This document shows positions 24,833 through 38,458 of a DNA stretch of 64,000 bases, piece after piece; positions within the stretch are counted from its first letter, which is position 1; each line of letters starts with the position of its first letter. Source of the stretch: Eledone cirrhosa (Eukaryota). A program made the position numbers and the translations under genes. The stretch is taken from contig OZ024743.1 in the NCBI GenBank assembly GCA_964016885.1, forward strand, positions 275,590,001-275,654,000, written 5' to 3'. Under the pieces are notes generated by a model. The model had not been told where the DNA came from. It ran no database searches and saw nothing but the letters and a program-made list of their open reading frames with translations.

Positions 24833-25074
24833 ATATATAAACAACCATCTGGTTGTGGAACCAACCAACCAACCGGAAATTTATAAATTTATTATAATAA
24901 ATTGAAGTGAAAGCAACTGGTGCGTGTGTTTCTTATTGGCAACATGACCCTCCCAAAGTATAAAATATCGGTTTCAACACACGTTTTCAGATAAAGAATC
25001 TTGTTAAACAAATTCAGAAACGACATATATATATACATATATATATATATACATATAAATATATATATATATAC

Positions 25075-25159
<85 letters not shown>

Positions 25160-25166
25160 CATATAT

Positions 25167-26850
25167 ATGAAAGACTGATGAATGTGGAGAACAAATGGGA
25201 GAGAGAGAAATTACCCTTGGTAGATCCGACAGAGGGACCAGCTATTGAGATTGACGATTATAGGGTCCAAGAGGCGATTAGGGAAATGAAAAATGGTAAG
25301 GCTGCCGGACCATCGGGAATAGTTGCTGAGATGCTGAAGGCATCAGGAGACGTAGGCACTAAACTGGTTGCACGCATCATCAATTAGGCTATATATGGTG
25401 GTGTCATACCCAAAGACTGGTGCAGCAGTATTCTCATAAATTGCTACAAAGGTAAAGGGGATGCTCTGGAGAGGAGCAATTATAGGGGTATAGATAGATC
25501 AGGTTATGAAAGTGGCAGAAAGTATATTAGCACCACTAATTAGAGAAAGGGTCAAACTAGATGAGATGCAGTTTGGTTTTGTGCCTGGGAAGAGTACAAC
25601 AGATGCCCTCAACAGGTGAGACAATTGCAAGAGAGGTTCTTAGAGAAGAATAAGCCACTATACTTAGCCTTTGTTGACCTAGAGAAGGCCTTTGATAGGG
25701 TACCCCGATCTGTCATCTGGTGGTCCCTAAGGAAGCTAGGTGTTGAGAAATGGCTTGTGAGGACAGTGCAAACTTTGTACAGAGTTACTCTCAGTAAAGT
25801 CAGGGTAGGAATGGAGTTTAGTGAGGAATTCCAGATACAAGTAGGAGTACATCAGGGTTCGGTCCTAAGCCCGCTCTTGTTCTATATAGTTCTCCAAGCC
25901 AGAGGAGTTTAAGACTGGCTGTCCATGGGAACTTCTCTATGCTGATGATCTGGTTCTTATAGCAGAATCAGTAGTAGAGCTAGAGAATAAATTCTGGCTA
26001 TTGAAACAGCAGTTGGAAGCAAGAGGACTGAGAGTGAACCTAGCTAAGACAAAAGTGTTGATGAGTAGAAAAGAGGACAAAACCCTGATTCCGTCAGGGA
26101 AATGGCCATGTTCGATATGCAGAAAAGGAACTGGCATAAATTCTATAAAATGCACACAATGCAGATCCTGGGTACACAAGAGATGTAGCGGGATAGCAGG
26201 CAAACTAACAGGTAGGGAGAAATATGTATGCAGTAGATGTACAGGGAAATTAGACAGTAGAAGTCGCATTGATAGACACATTTTATCTAGAATAACGACG
26301 GGTTGGAAGAAGTTTAGGGAGCTGCTTCCTCTGTTGACGAAGAAGGGTTTCTCCCTGCGTACGAAAGGCCGGTTGTATGATGCCTGTGTGAGGAGCGCGA
26401 TGCTGCATGGTAGTGAGACATGGGCAGCAACTGCAGATGATATGCGACGGCTGGAGAGAAATGAGGCAAGCATGCTCCGTTGGATGTGCAGTGTAAATGT
26501 GCGTGAACGACCCAGCATAAATGTGTTGAGAGAGAAACTGTGTCTGAGAGGGATAGAATGTAGTGTACGAGAGAGGAGACTGAGGTGGTATGGACATGTG
26601 ATGCGCATGGAGGATGACCGATGGGTGAAGAAGTGCCAGGAAATGTCAGTTGATGGAAGACGTGGTCGAGGTAGACCACGAAAAACATGGGCGGAGGTGG
26701 TGAGAACAGACCTCAGATCATTGAAGCTCATGGTGGAGATGACGAAGGACCGTGACGAGTGGAGAGATGCTGTGCTGAATAAGACCCGTCCCACCCTTGC
26801 AAGCAGGGAAAAGCGGACGTAAAATGATGATGATGATGATGATGATGATA
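25167..26850 (+). pseudogene. 5'-truncated RTE of a diverged subfamily
   Basis: [12 protein letters not shown]..., YADD, PHD finger kept, FRYLG segment deleted, stops and frameshifts, tail cggacgtaaaatgatgatga. Confidence 0.9.
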
Positions 26851-27052
26851 TATATATACTTATATACATATACATATATATATATACATATACATATATA
26901 TATATACATATCAAATCAGTTCCTGTATGAGCAAGGCATGGTCAGCCGACCAGACACTGCCCACAACAGGACAACCCATCTAACCCATGCTAGCGTGGAA
27001 GAACGGACGTAAAACGGTGATGTGATGATGATATACATATATATATATATAC

Positions 27053-27093
<41 letters not shown>

Positions 27094-27097
<4 letters not shown>

Positions 27098-27340
27098 ACG
27101 AGAAAAAAACACACAGTCCACGCTGTAATGTAGCCGTGTAGGCAACACGGTAAAAACCTCCCAGACCCACACTGTAAATGTGGTTGGTGTTAGGAAGGGC
27201 ATCCAGCTGTAGAAAACCTGCCAGACAGTCCTATGCAAGCAAGACAATCACTCTTGCCTCAAGTGGGAAAACTCCCGTCCAAACCCATGCAAGTGTGGAA
27301 CACGGACGTTAAACAATGATGATGATGATGATGATGATGA

Positions 27341-27341
<1 letters not shown>
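27094..27341 (+). mobile_element. Distal 3' UTR and (GAT)n tail of an RTE
   Basis: Continues the 3' UTR ~16-19 nt after the point where it breaks at 24410. Confidence 0.8.
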
Positions 27342-27379
<38 letters not shown>

Positions 27380-27859
27380 TTATGTATGTATGTATGTATG
27401 TATATATATATATATATACATATGTGTGTGTGCGTATGTGCGTATGAAGAGAGAGGGAAAGACCATACACGCACATATATATACATACATATATGGTATA
27501 CACAATATTTCGATATACAATGCTTCGAATATGCTAATGTGTGTGTGTGTGTGTGCATGTGTGTGTGTCTGTGTGTTTTTGTGTGTGTGTGTCTGTGTGT
27601 GTGTGGCTGTGTGTGTGTGTGCGGATTTGGACCGGCATTTTAATTGTGCGATCATCACTTTTTTTCTTTTTTTTGTGAGGGTGGGGGTGAGGGGGCGGTT
27701 GCCATAAAGAAAAAGTCCGAAAACTTTTGAGACTAAATCTGCACCCAGCTTGATTTAGTGAATTATAACCCCACCCCCACCACCAAAAACGTATTGTGAT
27801 TTATTATTGTTTTTGATCTGTCAAAGAAATGTTTATTCCTTTATGTTTGTTTTGTACAG

Positions 27860-28000
27860 ATCCAGAAGGAGCTAGTGGATATTATGCAGGAGAAAAATGA
27901 TGCTACAACACGAGCTCTGACTGATCTTGATGCTCGGTTAAATTTAGAGAAAGAAAGGATTCAGAATGTTGAAGCTTCAATTGAAGATCAAATAGCAAAC
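27860..28000 (+). CDS. CCDC154: Host gene exon (IQKELVDIMQEKND...IEDQIAN)
   Basis: tttgtacag acceptor, gtaagt donor, 47 codons, phase 0/0. Confidence 0.85.
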
Positions 28001-28296
28001 GTAAGTTATACGTTCAAAATATTTCATGATATATATTATCGTTACTTCTCTCTCCACCACCCCCTCACTTCATCTCTCTTTCTTTCTCTCTCTCTCTCAC
28101 CCACACTGCCCTTCTCTCCGTCACTCCCTCTCCATTTCTCTCACCCTCCCTCCTCTCTTTCTATATATATATAGAGAGAGATTTCTTTTCGCCAAAATGG
28201 CTGACTGAACAAACGTGCTTTTTTCTCCAAAAACCTGTTTTTCCGTTCCTTCCTCACTCTTCTCTATCTTTCTATTTATACTTTTATTTCTCATTC

Positions 28297-28336
28297 TATT
28301 TGCTGATCAAGGACTAGCGTCCGAAACGTTAAAATT
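28297..28336 (+). ncRNA. Degenerate hammerhead motif (G8 to C)
   Basis: CUGAUCA-A-GGAC(UAGC)GUCC-GAAACGUUA with palindromic AACGUU stem III. Confidence 0.5.
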
Positions 28337-28410
28337 CTTTGCCCACTATATCAAGCGTTAAACTAATATATATCTTCATTTTACTCTACTTGTTGTTTTC
28401 CATTTACTTT

Positions 28411-29600
28411 TCACATATTAATGACATATCGGAGGGTCCTTGCTGTTCCCAGTAAGCATGCCTTTTGAAGTGTTCCAAAAACAGGGGGAGGGGGGCTAAT
28501 GTTCTTCGAGATAGTACCTAGTGCTCCTATGACGATGAGGACGACCTTGATTTCATGATAATACCAAATCCTGGTACCTGTTAATTTTCTCCTTCTCCTC
28601 ACGTGTCAAAGGAGCAAGCTACATCTATAGTCAAGCAAGACCTGTTTTCCTTGTCAAAATCCACCAAGTCAGGCCTATTGTGTTCTAATTCTTTATCTGT
28701 TTGTATCCTGAAATTCCAAGCACCTTCACTCGCTCATTTTCTATCACTGACTCATAACACTTTTCAGAATGGAGTAAATTATTCAGTTTGTATAAATGCC
28801 AGTGGATGACCTTTCGTATGATATCATGCTTACATCCTTTATAATGAGTCTGGGCTAGGTGTTTACACTCGATTATTTTAACTTTTTCATATCATTCTCT
28901 GTCATTTCATTATTGCTGGTCGTCCAAAAGCTTTCTTAATATTTGGGCTGTTCCCAGTAGGCATGAGTTCTGGAGCAGTTTAATCCCTGGTGCAAAGTAA
29001 GTCTATTTTAGACATAGTTTTCAAGGTTCTTTGTTACCATGCCAAGAGCAACAACCACCACTGGTACAATGGTTACTGCCTTCACTTCATTACTCTAGCA
29101 TTTCAAGATCTCATATTTTAAGTCAGTATAAGTCCCTACTTTCTTCTATTTTCATTCAATTCTGGTGTCAAAAGGACACACTACATCTATGAGGGTACAG
29201 TTCTTTCCTTCTCAAATACAACAATATCTGGTTTGTTGTGTTTAATCTTCATCTCTGTCTGAATTGGGAAATCCCAGAAGACCTTTATCTTATCGTTCTC
29301 TAGTACTCTCATTTCATTTCTGACACCATGTTCATAGCTTTTTTGTGCACATGGAAATCCATACTTTTACACTAACTCCAGTTCAACATGGCTGCCACAT
29401 TATCATGTCGGCCTTTTCTATAATCATTCTGGGCTAACTGCTTACACTCTGAAATGATAAGAGCAACTGTCTCTGCTTTCTCTCCACAAATTCTACATTC
29501 AGCTTGAACATCTTTCTTGTCAATGATTTTCATTACCCACCTTGTTCTTATGGCTTGATCTTGCACTGTTAATATAAGTCCTTCCATCTTTTTTTTCTTA
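28411..29600 (-). pseudogene. Two tandem R4/Dong-clade non-LTR 3' fragments
   Basis: CRICGEKAETV...C...RHD (CCHC) and LWDF..HN(K/R)PD (RLE endonuclease), IVIGALG motif. Confidence 0.8.
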
Positions 29601-30028
29601 ATGTAGCCTTTCCGTAACCATAACCATTCTTATTATTATTTGAAACTTCCTTTGAATTCTGCTTCTATTCCATATCTTGCCGAGTGTCAACCTGACACCT
29701 GAGGCAAAATTTGCTAATACACACATTTTGCAATCAATACAAATGATGCCACAAGGGCATAAACAACAGTAAATGTTAAATTGATAATGCCCTTCTTGGG
29801 ACATGGACAGTGCCAGTCAGAACTATTTTCTGTATCTCGTGCAGAGATGGCTTTCCAGGTATCTAGTTCAAATATTTTTCAGTTTCCTTTTTTATTATTC
29901 CAAGTGCACCAACTATCACTGGTAATGTACAGGCCTTAAAACATCACATTTTATCAATTTCAATTGTTAGATCTTTATTATCATTATTATTACAATTATT
30001 ATTGCATGGCTGTTCTCATTGATTTCAG

Positions 30029-30055
30029 GTTATGAGAAATATCCCAAATCCTGAG
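30029..30055 (+). CDS. CCDC154: Host gene microexon (27 nt, VMRNIPNPE)
   Basis: gatttcag acceptor, gag|gtaatg donor, frame-preserving phase 0/0. Confidence 0.65.
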
Positions 30056-31139
30056 GTAATGCCTTCTTTTGTTTGTTTTCTTTTTATTTATTACATTTAT
30101 TTAATTTCATTTTTCATCAATATGGTTTTGTTAATTATTTTGCAAAATAATTTAAAGGCGGTGGCGTTGGGTTACAGCAGTGATTCTCAAACGAGAGACA
30201 TTTTCCTCCCAAAGGAAGGACTTTGAAATACCAGGGGAGGAATTGAAAAGGAATCTTAGTCAGGAAAGAACTATCCAAACTGGGAAAGAATAGTGTATTG
30301 TGTGTATATACCAAACGAAATACCAACCATAAGAACGATCACCAATTAAGAGTTCACAGAGAAAAACCTGCTTTAGAGTTAATCTCATTTAGGACTACAC
30401 AATTATTGAAGTTTGAAAAGCTTGCTCATGTTAATATGGTGCCAAGGTGAAAAATTACTACATGACAATTTAAAATGTAGAGGAATTAATAAAACCTGGA
30501 ATTACAAGGGGAATAGTGTGACCTAGGTCTCTGAGTCCCATTGAGTTACAACTACCTAAGTTGATAGGAAACCGGTCTTCCAATCGGAAATTACGGGCTT
30601 CACATTTTTGCTCTGTTTATAAACACACACCATGATACTTAACTCATAAGATCCAATCCTTTCAGATGTAAATAGATGCCATGGTAAAAATATATAGTTA
30701 ACAAGGGATGTGTATAATTGTCAAATGATTCATTAGCGTGCTGAAATTCTCCCCGATGGGTCTAGTGAAGGTGATAAGGGGTGAGCACTTCAGTACATAC
30801 TTTTCCAGAAGCTTTATTTGTCTTCTTGTATCTGGTACAACCAGTCATTGGAGTGCTACCGCAAATTCCCTGTCAGTCGGCAATCGCTACAGATCACTGT
30901 CCTCTGCTAACATGCAGAAAAGCCACAGTGTTGAGATGTGTTCAGTCTTTGATGTTGCCGGACCACGGGTTTTGTTTGTTAGCTTCTTCTTCATTATCCT
31001 TTAAGTGTGGTTTTTCCATGAAGAATGGTTTTTGACAAGGGTTCATTGTTGGGTACAAGTCCGGTTTAACCTATAGAATTTGTGAAATAATGGTGCGATT
31101 GGAAGAGATGTATTTGACAGCATATGATATTTCCTGACG

Positions 31140-31420
31140 ACGCATGGCTTTGTGATTTAGGTATTTGACTTGCAATCATAAGGTCGTGAGTTCGATTCCT
31201 TGATTGGGCGGTGCATTGTGTCCTTGAGCAAGACATTTTATTTCATGCTGCTCTCGTTCACTCAGTTGAAAAATATGTGTTGGGCCTGTAATTCAAATGA
31301 CTAGCCATGTCACACACCGCATCACCTGCTGATTTCATTGATCAAACAATTGGCACACTGATCGTCGTAACCGATTGGCACACTGATCGTCGTAACCGAT
31401 GGAGGTCTGACTTAAAAACG
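31140..31420 (+). mobile_element. Second tRNA-derived SINE family (also 38270-38420, 17000-17205 -, 14330-14660 -, 53310-53480 -)
   Basis: gcatggct...gagttcgattcc...gtccttgagcaagacactttatttca. Confidence 0.7.
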
Positions 31421-31849
31421 CTTTATCAACTAAGTTCTTGTTTCTAGAGATGCCGGATGACTGATAATAGTGAAAGTTTTATCAACATGTCGACGTTGAC
31501 GGAAATGCACAAAAACCTTTTCAGTCATCCATGTTCTTTCTTTCTTTCTTTTTTCTTTCTTACGTTCTTTCTTTCTTTCTATCTTTCTTTTTTTATTTAT
31601 TTATTTATCTATTTATTCATCTATTTTGTGTAGTGGGATGTGGTATTATTGTTGTTGGTTAACTCCAGATCAACCCCGATTGAACAGATCTCATGAGCAA
31701 GGCATTCTAGCCATACCCCACCCCATTTTCCCAACGTGCAAGGAACCTACGACCAGTATCCAACGTGTCCTTATTTGCAGTTTGAGGGAGATTTCGCAGC
31801 TATTTCTAGCAGGTTAAACGACTACGAAGAGACTCCTTCGCTGACTCGT

Positions 31850-32620
31850 ATGATGCAATTTAGTGCGCTGTAATATGGGTTAAAATGAGACAGTGTGATG
31901 TGGTGTGATATAATATGATATGTGTTAAAGTGGGACAGTATGATGTGGTGTGGAGTGGTATGGTGTAATTTAGTATAATATGGGTCAAAAAGGGACTGTG
32001 TGGTGTGTGTGTGGTGTAATATAGTACTATACGAGGTGGTGCTTTGGGTAAAAGAGAATACAGGGGGGTCAGTTAATTATGATTATATTCAACATATTCC
32101 CCTCTCAGATTCACACACTTATTGCAGCGGTTCTTCAGGCTTTCTAAGCCCTGTAAAAAGAACTCAGAAGGTTGGGCCTCCAACCAGGCCTTCGCGATAT
32201 CCTTAAAGCCAGGAACTTCTCAGCACCTCCTCGTATGTGGTAAAATGAGACAGTGTGATGTGATGTAGTATAATATAGTATAACATGGTTTTACATGGGA
32301 CAATGTGATGCAGTATGATGTAATATAGTATAATATAGGTTAAATTGGGGCGGAATGATGTGGTGTGGTGTAATATAGTATAATATGGGTTAAATTGGGA
32401 CGGTATGATGTGGTGTGGTGTAATATGGTATGATATGGGGTAAAATGGGGCGGTGTGGTGTGGTGTGATGTAGTGTGGTGTAATATAGGTTAAATTGGGA
32501 CGGTATGATGTGGTGTGGTGTAACAGGGTACAATTGGTAAAATGGGACGGTGTAGTATGATGTAGTGTAGTGTACTATAGTATGATATGAGTTAAAATAG
32601 GACAGTATGATGTAGTGTGG
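31850..32620. repeat. ~50-55 bp minisatellite array interrupted at ~32040-32240
   Basis: aatatgggttaaattgggacggtatgatgtggtgtggtgt unit, about 10 copies. Confidence 0.8.
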
Positions 32621-33063
32621 TACAGGATTTATAATATATCAGCCAGTACATGATAATGATATTTTAATAACATGTAATCAAGTACCTTGTTATTATAAAT
32701 ACAGAGTAGACACAGTTATGGCTGTCTGGTTACCCGGATTGGATTCTGCTGTGTGGTATCTTGAGCAAGTACCTTTACCTTAACCTCAGGTTGATCAAAA
32801 CATTGGGAATGAAATTGGATAGACAGAAAATAGCAATTACATTAACGGTGCACAAGTTTGTGGAATACTCAGCCATATAGGCGTTAATCTAACGTGTTGG
32901 ACATTCAGCTGATGAAACAAATGAAGTATTTTCTTTCGGCTATATTATTGTTGTTATATCTTATTGGGGACACAGAACTAGTAAAATCGTTAGAGCATCG
33001 GACAAATTGCTTTACGTTCTGAGTTCAACCTTGTTCTGAGCCAAAGCATACTAACCATGACCT

Positions 33064-33172
33064 CACTATCCAACATGTGAATCGAAGGAAATTTTGCTGC
33101 ACTACCCAACATGTGAATCGAAGGAAATTTTGCTGCACTACCCAACATGTGAATCGAAGGAAATTTTGCTGC
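33064..33172. repeat. 36-bp tandem repeat x3 inside a SINE
   Basis: cactacccaacatgtgaatcgaaggaaattttgctg. Confidence 0.85.
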
Positions 33173-34290
33173 TATCTCATAATGACTCCTCGTCGACTCT
33201 ATAGTGTTATGTAGTGTGGTGGTAAATCGGGGCATTATGATATGGACAAAATCTTTATTTTCTGACTTCAAATCTCATCGAGGTCAACTTTGCCTTTCAT
33301 CAGTCAAGTACTGGGGTCAATTTAATCAATTTCCCCACTCCCCAAGTTGTTAGTTTCGTGCCTAAATTAAAAACTGTTATTATATCTTGTCAGGGGACGG
33401 TGGCAGCGGATTTGCCTAAACATTAGAGTGTTGGAAAAACCACCGAAGTCAATAAGATACAGTACCAGTGAAATACTGGGATTGATGTTTTAAAGGAAAG
33501 AATGGTTGATGTATATATATATTTTAAAGGAGCATTTCATACTTATATACTCCTCCGTCTTAGCAGTATTATATAGATGTAATAGTCCTATTATAATTAC
33601 CAGTTTAGCAGAGTTATAGAAGTAGTGATGTAATAGTTATAGCGCCATGAGTAACCAGTTTGGTAGAAAGATATGATAGGAATATCGACAACGACTTTAG
33701 CTTGTTTTACATTATTTATTAACAAAGGTTGAGCTGAGTAGAGCTGACATGCCAAGAGAAATAAAACAAACGAATTAAGATTTTCAGAAGGTATGGTCTA
33801 CTGGCTGAAGTGTTGCCAGGCCATGGTTATATTGTTGTGTTACATATTGGCCAGTGATTACACGGCGAAAGAAAAGCAGTTGTTTACCTTAACGCTGTCG
33901 AGGTGCAAGAGACAAATTTCTCGAATCGACATGGGGAATTTTCCCTGCAGGGCGCGTAGAAATACATTCTCCTATGCTGGCGGTGATTGGCTGGGCTGAG
34001 CCAACTAACACACGGAGAATGTATAAGAGCCCGCGGAATGTAGGTCACTACAATGTAATCGACTTTTCCCTCGCCTCATCAAACTGTTGGCCTTGTGCCT
34101 AAATAAAAAAAAAAGTATATCTTATAAAGAGGGTAACTGGTCGGTAGAAACGTTAAAGGGGTGGAAAAACTTCTATATGGCATTTGTTCTAGCTCTTTAC
34201 GTTCTGAGTTCAAATCCCGCCGTGATTAAAGGGGTCGATGAAATAAAATAAAGAATTATGAATAAATTAGAAACTATTGTTTCTTATCAG

Positions 34291-34410
34291 GACCTGAAGG
34301 AAAAGGTTGAAACTAATCAACAACAAATAAACCAAATAAACCAAACCCAGGCAGATTATACCAAAGAATTAAAAGACTATAAAGCAAAAATACACAACTT
34401 TCCGAATGAA
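34291..34410 (+). CDS. CCDC154: Host gene exon ([12 protein letters not shown]...HNFPNE)
   Basis: ttcttatcag acceptor, gtaagt donor, 40 codons. Confidence 0.85.
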
Positions 34411-34628
34411 GTAAGTTTTAACCTATTCTATCGTATTCACATACACACACATGCACACACACACACACTCATATATATATATGTATATATATACATATAT
34501 ATATATATATACATATACACATATATATACATATATATATATGCATACACACACACATATATATATATATATATATGTATATACATATACATATATATAC
34601 ACATATATATACATATATATATATGCAT

Positions 34629-34682
<54 letters not shown>

Positions 34683-34782
34683 ATACACATATATACATAT
34701 ATATATACACATATATATACATATATATATATATATACATATATATACACATATATATATACACATATATATATATATACAT

Positions 34783-34827
<45 letters not shown>

Positions 34828-34922
34828 CACATATATATATATACACATATATATATATACACATATATATATATACACATATATATATATACACATATAT
34901 ATATACACATATATATATGCAT

Positions 34923-34965
<43 letters not shown>

Positions 34966-35048
34966 GATATATATATATACACATATATATACACACATAT
35001 ATATACACATATATATATACACATATATATATGCATACACACACACAC

Positions 35049-35092
<44 letters not shown>

Positions 35093-35122
35093 CATACATA
35101 TATACATACATACATACATATA

Positions 35123-35166
<44 letters not shown>

Positions 35167-35588
35167 AAAAATTTCAAATGTAGTCGCCCCAATGCGAAAT
35201 TACTTTAATAATAGTTGGAAAGCTTCAGATAAATGAGCCCCAGAATGCAGGCACCTCTGTCCACATTATTTCATCTTCAGGAATATTTTATCCAATATTG
35301 TTTTAACTATTATTCATAATGACAAACTATTATTAAAGTAACTTCACATTCAGATGACTCCATTAAAAATTTCGAATTTTTTCATTGCCTCTCTTAAGTC
35401 AACCAAATGTTTTCACTAATGTATATTTTTCTTTGAGATATATTGAAGTTCTTTGCAGAATTCAAAGTAGTTACTGACAAAATAACAAGACTTTATTTCT
35501 GTTTGTTTCAGTCAAGATATGTTCCAGAGATTTGCAAATATATGAGAGAATTAGTGTGTGCATGTGTATATATATATATATGTGTGTG

Positions 35589-35685
<97 letters not shown>

Positions 35686-35791
35686 TTTTTTTAATATATA
35701 TATATATAGAAAATATATATACATATATAAAGTAGCTAATAAAATAGGGTGAAGACTCTTAAAGACGGAAAAAGAAGTTGCTATCAACCAC

Positions 35792-35844
<53 letters not shown>

Positions 35845-35947
35845 CCCAGGCTCGATCGGGGGTAACCACAGTAAGGTACTCAATACATAGCAGAGTATAA
35901 ATATTTAATATAAAAATGACTTCTACAGGACTAGAACTTTTTGTATA

Positions 35948-36245
35948 TCATCATCATCATCATCATCATCAACGTTTAACGTCCGTGTTCCACGCTTGCA
36001 TGGGTTTGGACGGGGGTAGTCCCACTTGAGGCAAGAGTGATTGTCTTGCTCGCATAGGACTGTCTGGCAGGTTTTCTACAGTTGGATGCCCTTCCTAACA
36101 CCAACCACATTTACAGTGTGGGTCTGGGAGGTTTTTACCGTGTTGCCTACACGGCCACATTACAGCGTGGACTGTGTGTTTTTTTGTTGTGACACCTACA
36201 CGATCTCATTTGTTTCGGCCTATGGCGCGGCACCAACATAACTTT
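35948..36245 (-). mobile_element. RTE 3' UTR fragment
   Basis: Near-identical (inverted) to 19920-20226. Confidence 0.85.
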
Positions 36246-36369
36246 AGTATATATATATATATACTAGCTGAGGTACCCGGTAATACCTGGGAGCGGGGGG
36301 AGGGGGTATTCCCAGTTCCCATTAAAATGCCCAATGCCTCTCAGACCAAAAATGAAATCAAAACAATAA

Positions 36370-37755
36370 TACAAACAAATATTGTTGATTGCATTGGTCA
36401 GGCGAGAGGAGGCATACTGGTCTTGCCATGGGATGGATAGATTACAAAAAAGCATTTGACATGGTACCTCATTCTTGGATAACCATAAGCCTAGAGATCT
36501 TCAAGGTGGCAGATAACATCAGACAGCTATTAAGTAAAGAAGACTAGGAAGCTAATGACTATCTACAACATGTTCCACAAGAGGAGTGATGTTGATAGAC
36601 TCTACTTAAAGAGATCTGAAGGTGGAAGAGGTCTTATCAGCATAGAGGACTGTGTTCGGATGGAGAAAAACAGCCTGCACAAATATGTGGCTGACAGTAG
36701 GGAGCCAATGCTCAAAATTGTACTGAAGGAGAAGACAATAGACCAGGGGATGTCCAAGGAGGAAATAACAACAAGGAGGAAGCGCAACCTTCATGAAAAA
36801 TCCCTTCGTAGCACCTTCTTTAAGAAAATGGAATTAAGAGATCCACAGACATGGACCTGGTTAAAAAGAGGAGACCTTAAAAAAGCTACAGAAGGAATGC
36901 TAATGGCTGCGCAAGAGCAAGCCCTCAAAACGAAGTGGGTGAAACACCATATTGACAAGGAGGAGGCTAGCTCACTGTGTAGGATATGTGGAGAGAGAGA
37001 GAGGAGACTGTAGCTCACATTGTATCTGAGGGTAAACACCTAGCCCAGAGTCACTATAAAGGCTGGAGACATGATATGATAGGCAGGGTGATCCACTGGC
37101 ATTTATGCAAACTAAACAATTTACCACATTCTGAGAAGTGGTATGAGCATAAGCCAGAGTCGGTGATAGAAAACGATCAGGTAAAGGTGCTATGGGATTT
37201 TAGAATACAAACGGACAAGAAATTAGAACACAATAGGCCTGACCTGGTAGTTTTGGACAAGGAAAAAAGATCGTGCCTGATTGTAGATGTAGCCTTTGAC
37301 ACAAGAGTGCAAGAAAAGGAGAGGGAGAAAATTAACCGATGCCAGGATTTAAAGTGGGAGTTAAAAAGGATTTGGAACTGCCATGAGATCAAGGTCGTCC
37401 CGATTGTCATAGGAACAGTAGGCACTATCTCAAAGAGTTTCCAAGGATGATTAAAAAAGATTAGTCCAGCCCCGCTTTTTGGAACACTTCAAAAGGCATG
37501 CTTGCTGGGAACAGCAAGAACCCTCCGATACGTCCTGAATGTCTGAGGCTGAAGGTAATGGCTTGATATTCATTCAACAAACTTTCCAGTTAAATAACAT
37601 CAATGAGGTTGGTGTTAGGAAGGGCATCCAGCTGTAGAAATCAAGCCAGAATCAGTTCCCGTCCCACCCTTGCAAGCAGGGAAAAAGCGGACGTAAAATG
37701 AAATGATGATGATGACTGAGACTCAAAGAACAATAATAATAATAATAATAATAAT
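36370..37755 (+). pseudogene. R4/Dong-clade non-LTR retrotransposon, internally deleted, (TAA)n tail
   Basis: DYKKAFDMVPHSW, DRLYLKRSEGGRGL, CRICGE, LWDF..HNRPD, IVIGTVG; tail aataataat at 37732-37755. Confidence 0.85.
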
Positions 37756-38143
37756 GTTTAGATCGATATCCAATGATTTCGATCTTGTTTACAAAATATA
37801 TAGATATGTATCTATGTATATGTGTATGTACGTACTTTATGAATTATCCAAATGCTGGCAGTGTTTAAAATTTGAAAATGTGAGAATCCCACACGTAGAA
37901 AATAACTGTAATAACAGTTGATCACTATGAGGAATAATTGAGAAAATTGGGTAAATTACTCTGAAAAGCAAAAATGTGAACACAAGCACCAACAAGTAAG
38001 GGGCCTCTACCCACTTTTTTCCAACTCTAAGTGTCATCCAGTTTTCCCAACTATTGTCTATAGCGATCGACTGGTAATACAGTTATTTTCTGCATTTAGG
38101 GCTCTCACATTTTCACATATATATTTTTTCTTCATTTGTACAG

Positions 38144-38220
38144 CTCTATTCCCTTGATGAACGATTAAAACTTATGAAAGCTGAAATAGAAAGCCGAGTG
38201 AGTACAGAAGCTCAAATAAG
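38144..38220 (+). CDS. CCDC154: Host gene exon (LYSLDERLKLMKAEIESRVSTEAQIR)
   Basis: tttgtacag acceptor, ag|gtaaaa donor, phase 0/2. Confidence 0.85.
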
Positions 38221-38458
38221 GTAAAATGGAGGGTACCTTTTTAAATTCTTCTTTGATTTCTCTCTCTCTCTCTCTCTTCATTCTCTTTGACATTAGATTA
38301 TTTGTGAAGGCATATGGCTCAATGGCTACGGTGTTCGGTTTGGAAGGTTGTGAGTTCAATTCCCAGCGACGCATCGTAACCTTGAGCAAGACACTTTATT
38401 TCACGCAGCTTCAGTCCCCCCAGGGTGTACTGGATGCACTTTATCGTGTCACTAATAC

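Noticed and set aside
25937-26914. 325-aa - strand ORF and other antisense ORFs over LINEs
   Set aside because: Antisense shadows of RTE or CR1 coding sequence
31850-33172. Tandem arrays as possible CRISPR
   Set aside because: Eukaryotic context, no unique spacers, no cas genes
34258-35208. 316-aa ORF as a single gene
   Set aside because: Only 34291-34410 is exonic; the rest is read-through into microsatellite
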